Shown: one piece after another, positions 58,323 through 64,000 of the stretch
Layout of the letters: each line of letters opens with the position of its first letter
Numbering within the stretch: position 1 is the stretch's first letter
Assembly (NCBI GenBank): GCA_900755065.1
Contig: CAAEFC010000040.1
Location: forward strand, 23,812-87,811
Source of the DNA: Bacilli bacterium
GTDB taxonomy: Bacteria; Bacillota_I; Bacilli_A; RFN20; CAG-449
Length of the DNA: 64,000 nucleotides
Direction: 5' to 3'
Notes under the pieces: model-generated
Seen by the model: the letters and a program-made list of their open reading frames with translations, nothing else
Told to the model about the DNA's origin: nothing
The model's database searches: none
Program-made: the position numbers and the translations under genes

Positions 58323-58751
58323 ATGAAAATTGCATTTGGATCGGATCACGGGGGATATCTTTATAAAAAAGAACTGATCGCTTTTCTGAAAGAAAAAGGC
58401 TATGAAACGATCGATTGCGGGACCGACTCTCTGGATTCCTGCGACTATCCCGATTTTGCCTATGCGGTGGCTTCGCTGGTGGCCGATAAGAAAGCGGACA
58501 GAGGAATCGTCGTCTGCACGTCGGGGGAAGGCGTCGCTATCACCGCGAATAAAGTGCGCGGCATTCGTTGCGGGCTATGTTACAACGAAGAGGTCAGTTA
58601 TCTGATCCGTCAGCACAACGATTGCAATATGGTGGCGTTTTCCGCGAAATTCTTCCCGCTGGAAGAGGTGAAAAGGTGGGCGATGAATTTTCTGACGACG
58701 GAATTCGAGGGAGGAAGACACGCCCGTCGCGTGGATAAAATCGAACGATAA
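58323..58751 (+). CDS. rpiB: Ribose-5-phosphate isomerase B
   Basis: MKIAFGSDHGG...GIVVCTSGEGVAITANK...RH; ATG at 58323. Confidence 0.93.
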   Translation: MKIAFGSDHGGYLYKKELIAFLKEKGYETIDCGTDSLDSCDYPDFAYAVASLVADKKADRGIVVCTSGEGVAITANKVRGIRCGLCYNEEVSYLIRQHNDCNMVAFSAKFFPLEEVKRWAMNFLTTEFEGGRHARRVDKIER

Positions 58752-58818
58752 GCGCCTCGCCTCCTAAAATTTTTTTTCGCATTTTATTTTGGCAGGCATG
58801 ACTTCTTTTTAAGAAGAA

Positions 58819-60750
58819 TTATATCTTTTCCGCTTTTTTCAAAAACTTCCGGTCATACATCAAAGCGGCGTTGAGCACAACGAGAACCGAGCCGACATTA
58901 TGCACGATCGCGCCCGTAATCGGGTTTAGCAACCCCAAAGACGAAAGAACGATCGCGACAAAATTGATTGTCATGGACAGCGATATATTGAATTTTATCG
59001 TACGGACGGTCGATTTCGCCAATATGCATAAATACGGTAACTTTTCGATATCGTCGCTCATCAGCGCAATACTCGACGCCTCTACCGTAATATCGCTTCC
59101 GATACCGCGTAAAGCGATGCCGACGTCAGCCGTTTTTAACGCGGGCGCATCGTTTACGCCGTCGCCGATCATGCAGACTTTATAGCCTTTTTGTTCCAGG
59201 TCTTCAATCGCTTTTACTTTGCCTTCGGGCAATAAGTTCGCTTTGATTTTTGTGATACCGATTTGTTTCGCAAAATACTTCGCAGTCGTTTCATGATCGC
59301 CCGTAAGCAAAACGACCTCATAGCCGAGCGCTTTCAATTTGCGGACGGTTTCTTTTGCCGTAGGACGTAACGTATCCGAAAGTCCGATTGCCCCGATGAC
59401 ATTCTTTTCGTCGGCGATCAGAATCACCGCTTTTCCTTCGGATCGTAAGGCTTCCAGAATGTCGTTTTGTTCCGGACTCGGCGCAATGCCGTTTTCCTGT
59501 AAATACTTGCGGTTTCCGCATAAATATCTGACGTTGCGGAAGATTCCGCATACGCCTTTTCCTGCCTGCATTGCAAAGTCCGTTGCTTCCCTATATTCCA
59601 GATTCCGTTCTTTCGCATATTCGACGATTGCCTTACCGAGAGGGTGTTCGCTCCTTGCTTCTACCGAAGCAGCAACGCACAGCAATTCATTTTCAGACTG
59701 TGAGCTGAATGCAATCGTATTGCTGACTGTCAATTTTCCGAATGTCAGCGTTCCCGTTTTATCGAAGGCCACACAATTGGTTTTGCCCATATTTTCGAGT
59801 GCTTCTCCGGATTTGATCAGGACGCCGTACTTGGTCGCCTGACCGATCCCCGCCATGACCGAAGTCGGCGTTGCCAAAGCCAATGCGCAAGGGCAGAACA
59901 CAACGAGAACGGTTACGCCGCGCACAAGCGCAAGGTTGTTTTCGTTTCCCAAAACAAAGTATGTCACGATACTTGTAATGACCGCTATCAAGATGGCTAC
60001 GGGTACAAGCCACGTTGCCCATTTATCCGCGATGCGTTGCATCGGTGCTTTTTTGTTCTCGGCATCTTTCAGCAACTTTATCATTTTAGAAAGCGACGAA
60101 TTTTCACCGACTTGCGTTGCGACCATATCGATCGAGCCGTAACCGTTCATCGTGCCGCAGTAGACTTCATCGTTTACGCTTTTATCGACGGGTAGACTTT
60201 CACCTGTCAGGATCGCCTGATTGACCGAAGTCGTGCCGTCGATGATTTTACCGTCAACGGGTATGGTTTCGCCTGCAAGCACGCGTAATTTCATTCCCGT
60301 CTCGATTTCGGTTATATCGACTGTTTTTTCCGTAACGGTTCCGTTTTCATCGATCAGGAGACGTCCTTTTTGAGGTGCGAGACGGATTAAACTGTTTAAG
60401 CCTTTTTTGGCACGCTCCGTCGTTTTATCTTCCAATATGGCCCCGATAGCCATAATAAAAGCCACTTCGCCGGCCGCAAAAATTTCGCCGATGCAGATCG
60501 AAGCGATCATGGCAACCGTTATCAGCAAAGCGCTGGACACCCAATGTTGCTTGACTAGCCGCGATACGGCAAGATACAAAAGCGGATAGCCCGATATTAC
60601 TATCGTTATCCAAGCGGGGTCTAAAAACGGACTGATATCCAGATCGACCCAATTTTTGACGATCAGAAGGGCAAGACTTCCGAATAGAAAGAGGCCTGAT
60701 ACGAGGGTCATTTTGAATCCGCTGAAAAAATCTGAAATCCTTTTGAACAT
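58819..60750 (-). CDS. Heavy-metal-translocating P1B-type ATPase without an N-terminal HMA domain
   Basis: CPC (VFCPCALALATP), DKTGTLT and GDGVNDAP motifs. The start is set to MFKRIS at 60750, which has an AAGGAGG RBS. Confidence 0.9.
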   Translation of the reverse strand: MFKRISDFFSGFKMTLVSGLFLFGSLALLIVKNWVDLDISPFLDPAWITIVISGYPLLYLAVSRLVKQHWVSSALLITVAMIASICIGEIFAAGEVAFIMAIGAILEDKTTERAKKGLNSLIRLAPQKGRLLIDENGTVTEKTVDITEIETGMKLRVLAGETIPVDGKIIDGTTSVNQAILTGESLPVDKSVNDEVYCGTMNGYGSIDMVATQVGENSSLSKMIKLLKDAENKKAPMQRIADKWATWLVPVAILIAVITSIVTYFVLGNENNLALVRGVTVLVVFCPCALALATPTSVMAGIGQATKYGVLIKSGEALENMGKTNCVAFDKTGTLTFGKLTVSNTIAFSSQSENELLCVAASVEARSEHPLGKAIVEYAKERNLEYREATDFAMQAGKGVCGIFRNVRYLCGNRKYLQENGIAPSPEQNDILEALRSEGKAVILIADEKNVIGAIGLSDTLRPTAKETVRKLKALGYEVVLLTGDHETTAKYFAKQIGITKIKANLLPEGKVKAIEDLEQKGYKVCMIGDGVNDAPALKTADVGIALRGIGSDITVEASSIALMSDDIEKLPYLCILAKSTVRTIKFNISLSMTINFVAIVLSSLGLLNPITGAIVHNVGSVLVVLNAALMYDRKFLKKAEKI

Positions 60751-60800
60751 CAAAACCTCCTTGATTTGCTTTTCAAAAAAACATATACTATATTTGTTTC

Positions 60801-60815
60801 CGAACATATTGTTCG
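60801..60815. promoter_or_regulatory. Perfect palindrome, candidate TetR operator in the divergent ATPase/tetR intergenic region
   Basis: CGAACATATTGTTCG (6-bp arms around TAT), located between the ATPase start (60750) and the tetR start (60916). Confidence 0.45.
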
Positions 60816-60915
60816 ATTTTAGTATAACATAAGAAAAAGGAAGAGGACCGATCAGTTTTTCCGCTTTATCCGTTAGCGGACAAAAACGAAAAATTGTACC
60901 GGACAGGAGGTAAGG

Positions 60916-61470
60916 ATGGATAGACGAATACAAAAAACGAGAAAAGCCATTTTCAATGCTTTTGATGCATTGATCGCAAAACGGGATTATTCAAAGATTT
61001 CCGTTCAAGACATCATTGACGAAGCGAATATCGGAAGAAGTACTTTTTATGAACATTTTGAGACAAAAGACTACTTGCTGCGTGCCAAATGCACGGATTT
61101 ATTTGAACATATTTTTATTCCGGACGGAACAGAAAAGACGCATGCTTTTTCTGTTAATTCGTCTTTCCGGGAAAAAATAACGCATATTCTGTTTCATTTT
61201 CTTGACGACAAAAAAGTCATCAAGGGAATTTTGTCCAGCGAGAGCGGCCAGATTTTTTTACAGTATTTCCGGGTCTATCTGTCTGAGGCCATCCAAAAAG
61301 AGGATATTCACTTAAACGGAATACCGGACGAATTTCTGATCAATCACATCTCGGGATCTTTTATCGAAATGGTTACCTGGTGGGTGAAACGGAATTTCAA
61401 AGAAACTCCTTCCGAACTGGCACACTGCTTTTTTAAAGTACTTCCGTTCACGAATCTTTTAACGGAATAA
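60916..61470 (+). CDS. TetR/AcrR family transcriptional regulator
   Basis: N-terminal HTH ISVQDIIDEANIGRSTFYEHFETKDYL. 184 aa. Confidence 0.9.
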   Translation: MDRRIQKTRKAIFNAFDALIAKRDYSKISVQDIIDEANIGRSTFYEHFETKDYLLRAKCTDLFEHIFIPDGTEKTHAFSVNSSFREKITHILFHFLDDKKVIKGILSSESGQIFLQYFRVYLSEAIQKEDIHLNGIPDEFLINHISGSFIEMVTWWVKRNFKETPSELAHCFFKVLPFTNLLTE

Positions 61471-61708
61471 ACGGATTTGAGTTCGGGCAGGATCGGCATC
61501 GGCGCTGTTTTGAAATCGCTTGTTTCATCTTTTCCTTATACTATACCGAATGAATTTTTTTGCAGGCAGACTTTCTCAACGATCTGTAAAAAACGAGACC
61601 GCTGAATCTTTGAATAGCGAAGCGCGTACCTGTTTTGAAGACCTTTTTTCATTTTTTTGTATAAAAAATCCGTTTCTGCGAAAGATGATTATTGAGGTGA
61701 AAGAGAAA

Positions 61709-62374
61709 ATGAAAAAGCAAGAAAAAGTGAAATCGTGGCCGGTGGAAGCGAAGGCCGGGTTGGCATTGGTAATTACTTCGGCAGTGATCGTGGGAGGGGC
61801 GTTGATTCTCGGCAGCAGTTTCAACTCTCAGCATATCGATTCAAACGTCGGCAATATCCCGTCTTCTTCCGTAGACGGCAATTCCCAAAGCGAACCGAAC
61901 AGCGAAGTAACCAAGATCGAAACATTGGCGAAACCATTCACCGTCGAAGCGAAATGCGAACGGTATTTCTACGATATGGACGACGATTCTTCGATCCGGG
62001 TCAAAGCGATCGTGCCGGTTCCGAATAAGGAATCCGCTTATATGAAGAGCGTAGGCGTGGATTACGTCTACAACGGAAACGTGTTCGACATCACGGCATC
62101 GACCTCCGGCGTCGTAACCGAAAAAGTCAGCGATTCCATTTACGGAAATATGCTGGTTATCCAACATGATTCCGGCATCGAAACGATTTACGCTTCGCTT
62201 GGAACCGTTTTGGTCAGCGAAGGTGATTCGATCGAACAGGGACAGGTGATCGCCAAATCCGGCGAATCGTTGTATACCTCCGGTTTAGGTTCGTGCCTGC
62301 ACTTTGAAATCCTGAAAAGCGATACGTATCTCAATCCGGAAAAATCGTATACCGTCGAAGTCGCCAAATTATAA
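61709..62374 (+). CDS. M23/LytM family metallopeptidase, membrane-anchored
   Basis: TM anchor (AGLALVITSAVIVGGALIL). C-terminal M23 motifs (VIQHDSGIETIYASL, GQVIAKSG, LHFEILK). ATG at 61709 with a GAGGTGA RBS. Confidence 0.85.
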   Translation: MKKQEKVKSWPVEAKAGLALVITSAVIVGGALILGSSFNSQHIDSNVGNIPSSSVDGNSQSEPNSEVTKIETLAKPFTVEAKCERYFYDMDDDSSIRVKAIVPVPNKESAYMKSVGVDYVYNGNVFDITASTSGVVTEKVSDSIYGNMLVIQHDSGIETIYASLGTVLVSEGDSIEQGQVIAKSGESLYTSGLGSCLHFEILKSDTYLNPEKSYTVEVAKL

Positions 62375-62414
62375 TCGACGGCAAGACGAATCATCAGAAG
62401 ACGATGAAGGGATA

Positions 62415-62449
62415 AGGCAGCCAAACGGAAAAACCGGGCTGCCTTTTTT
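62415..62449 (+). terminator. Rho-independent terminator after the M23 peptidase gene
   Basis: AGGCAGCC / GGCTGCCT stem followed by T6. Confidence 0.75.
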
Positions 62450-62815
62450 GCTGTTCGATTTTTTGAAGGAAAAGCGGATTTTTTCAAAAAAAGAAACGAC
62501 TTCCTCAGATAGCATGCGATAGGAAAAAAAGAAAAATAGGATTGAAAAGTGACTTAGTTCTGTTTTTTTCTTTTACTTAAACATTATTTTGTTAATCAGA
62601 TTCTTGCAGGTTATGATGAAAGAGATCAGAAGATAAAAAATTTTAACAATTGTATAGGGTAGATATAAAAATTGTCAACCGAAAACGTGAATTGTGTCTG
62701 TTATTTAATATTTGATTTCGTGATTTTTTGAAATAAATAATTGTGCGATTTCGTGAAAAAACGATTAACTCTTTTAACGTTATGTGGTAAACTATCTGTC
62801 GAGGAGAGTTGTTGG

Positions 62816-64000
62816 ATGGAGCAAAAAATCGTTTTAAAAAGAAAAGTTTATAATAAGCTTGCAGAGTGGAAAGAAAAATATGCCCCCGATTATGCTTTAT
62901 TTTTGAAAGGGGCACGCCGCGTCGGAAAGACAACAATCGCCGAAGAATTCGGAGAGAAGGAATATAAATCCTTTATTACCATAAATTTTCAGCGTGCCAA
63001 TGAAGCGGTAAAAGATCTGTTCGTGGACGGATTGATGGATTTAGATTACTTTTTTAACGTAATACAAATGCAATATAAGGTCAAGTTGTATGTGCGAGAA
63101 TCGTTAATTATTCTGGATGAAATTCAATTGTTTCCTCAGGCAAGACAGGCATTGAAAACTTTACTTGAAGATAAACGATATGACTATATCGAAACGGGAT
63201 CATTAGCCGGAATAACTAAAAAAAGCAAAAAGGCAGAAATTCTTATTCCGTCAGAAGAGTACAGTGTGGACATGTATCCGCTTGACTTTGAAGAATTTTT
63301 ATGGGCAAACGGGGATACGTTCACAACGGAAATTATCAGAGAGCATTATCAGAAGGTGAAACCGTTCGGTCAAAAACTGAACAAAGAGATTTTGCGAAGA
63401 TTTCGCGAATATATGTGTGTGGGAGGAATGCCGCAGGCGGTAGTCGCTTTTGTGAATACAAAAGACTACGAACGAGTCGATTTCGCAAAGCGGGAAATAA
63501 TAGCATTATATCGCAACGATATAAAAGAGCAGGAGGAAGAGAATAGCGAATACGTAGGAAATATATTAGATAATATTCCTTCAGAGCTTGCAAAGCACGA
63601 TTCCGCTTCTAAAACAAACGAATTTCGCTTTACGCATATCAATAAAAATGCAAGATTAAGAGAATATAAAGGCCCGTTGCGTTGGCTTGATGAAGCGATG
63701 ATAATCAACGTTGCACGCAACACGACCGATCCTAGCCCTGCATTGACGTTAAGCCTGGATGACGAAAGATTTAAATGTTATATGATGGATACGGGGTTGT
63801 TGATAAATTTAAGTTTCGGGGACGGAAATTTTATCGATAATGATTTTTATAGTGCAATTTTGACGGATCGACTGCATATTAACGAAGGAATGTTTATAGA
63901 AAATATAATTGCTCAGTGCTTGCGGGCAAACGGACATAAAATCGTTTTTTATGTTGAATATAACGAACAGGGCAAATTGGCAACGGAAATAGACTTTTTG
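62816..64000 (+). CDS. AAA-family ATP-binding protein (AAA_14 + DUF4143 type), 3' end outside window
   Basis: Not in the supplied track because it has no stop in the window. Manual translation from the ATG at 62816 (GAGGAG RBS) is open for 395 codons to the window edge: MEQKIVLKRKVYNKLAEWKEKY...FLKGARRVGKTT (Walker A)...LIILDEIQ (Walker B). Confidence 0.8.
   Translation, partial: MEQKIVLKRKVYNKLAEWKEKYAPDYALFLKGARRVGKTTIAEEFGEKEYKSFITINFQRANEAVKDLFVDGLMDLDYFFNVIQMQYKVKLYVRESLIILDEIQLFPQARQALKTLLEDKRYDYIETGSLAGITKKSKKAEILIPSEEYSVDMYPLDFEEFLWANGDTFTTEIIREHYQKVKPFGQKLNKEILRRFREYMCVGGMPQAVVAFVNTKDYERVDFAKREIIALYRNDIKEQEEENSEYVGNILDNIPSELAKHDSASKTNEFRFTHINKNARLREYKGPLRWLDEAMIINVARNTTDPSPALTLSLDDERFKCYMMDTGLLINLSFGDGNFIDNDFYSAILTDRLHINEGMFIENIIAQCLRANGHKIVFYVEYNEQGKLATEIDFL

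Overview
Chromosomal segment of a low-GC Gram-positive (Bacillota-type) bacterium; gene content and synteny support this, and the lineage cannot be narrowed from sequence alone. Two housekeeping blocks flank an accessory island. Block 1 (1 to ~15.2 kb) holds the gyrA 3' end, T-box-serS, SRP RNA, tadA, nrdDG, rpmE, metG, an ABC exporter pair and rlmCD/rumA. Block 2 (~34.4 to 62.4 kb) holds rpsF-ssb-rpsR, gdpP-rplI-dnaB, rlmH, a YfhO-like protein, a ZIP transporter, the dnaX-ybaB-recR-tmk-holB-yaaT-rsmI block, prfA-prmC-tsaC-rpiB, a P-type ATPase with a TetR regulator, and an M23 peptidase. Between them lies a ~19 kb island (about 15.2-34.4 kb) that looks AT-richer by eye (composition was not computed). 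It starts inside the 3' tail of rlmCD, which carries an in-frame TAA. It contains several decayed genes and only a C-terminal stub of a large serine recombinase. Its core is a tightly coupled seven-gene operon (18450-31491). The middle four genes have the brxP-brxC-pglZ-brxL order of BREX type 4, with no methyltransferase anywhere in the island. Three further genes are coupled to them: an unrecognisable 488-aa first gene, a 67-aa zinc-ribbon protein and an island-encoded cysteine desulfurase. A PP-loop/Fe-S BrxP next to a dedicated cysteine desulfurase parallels DndC/DndA, which suggests a sulfur-dependent DNA-modification defence. This is the main candidate for novel biology. A second AT-rich segment starts near 62.5 kb and carries an AAA/DUF4143-type ATPase gene that runs off the window. 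No rRNA, tRNA or CRISPR array was seen.
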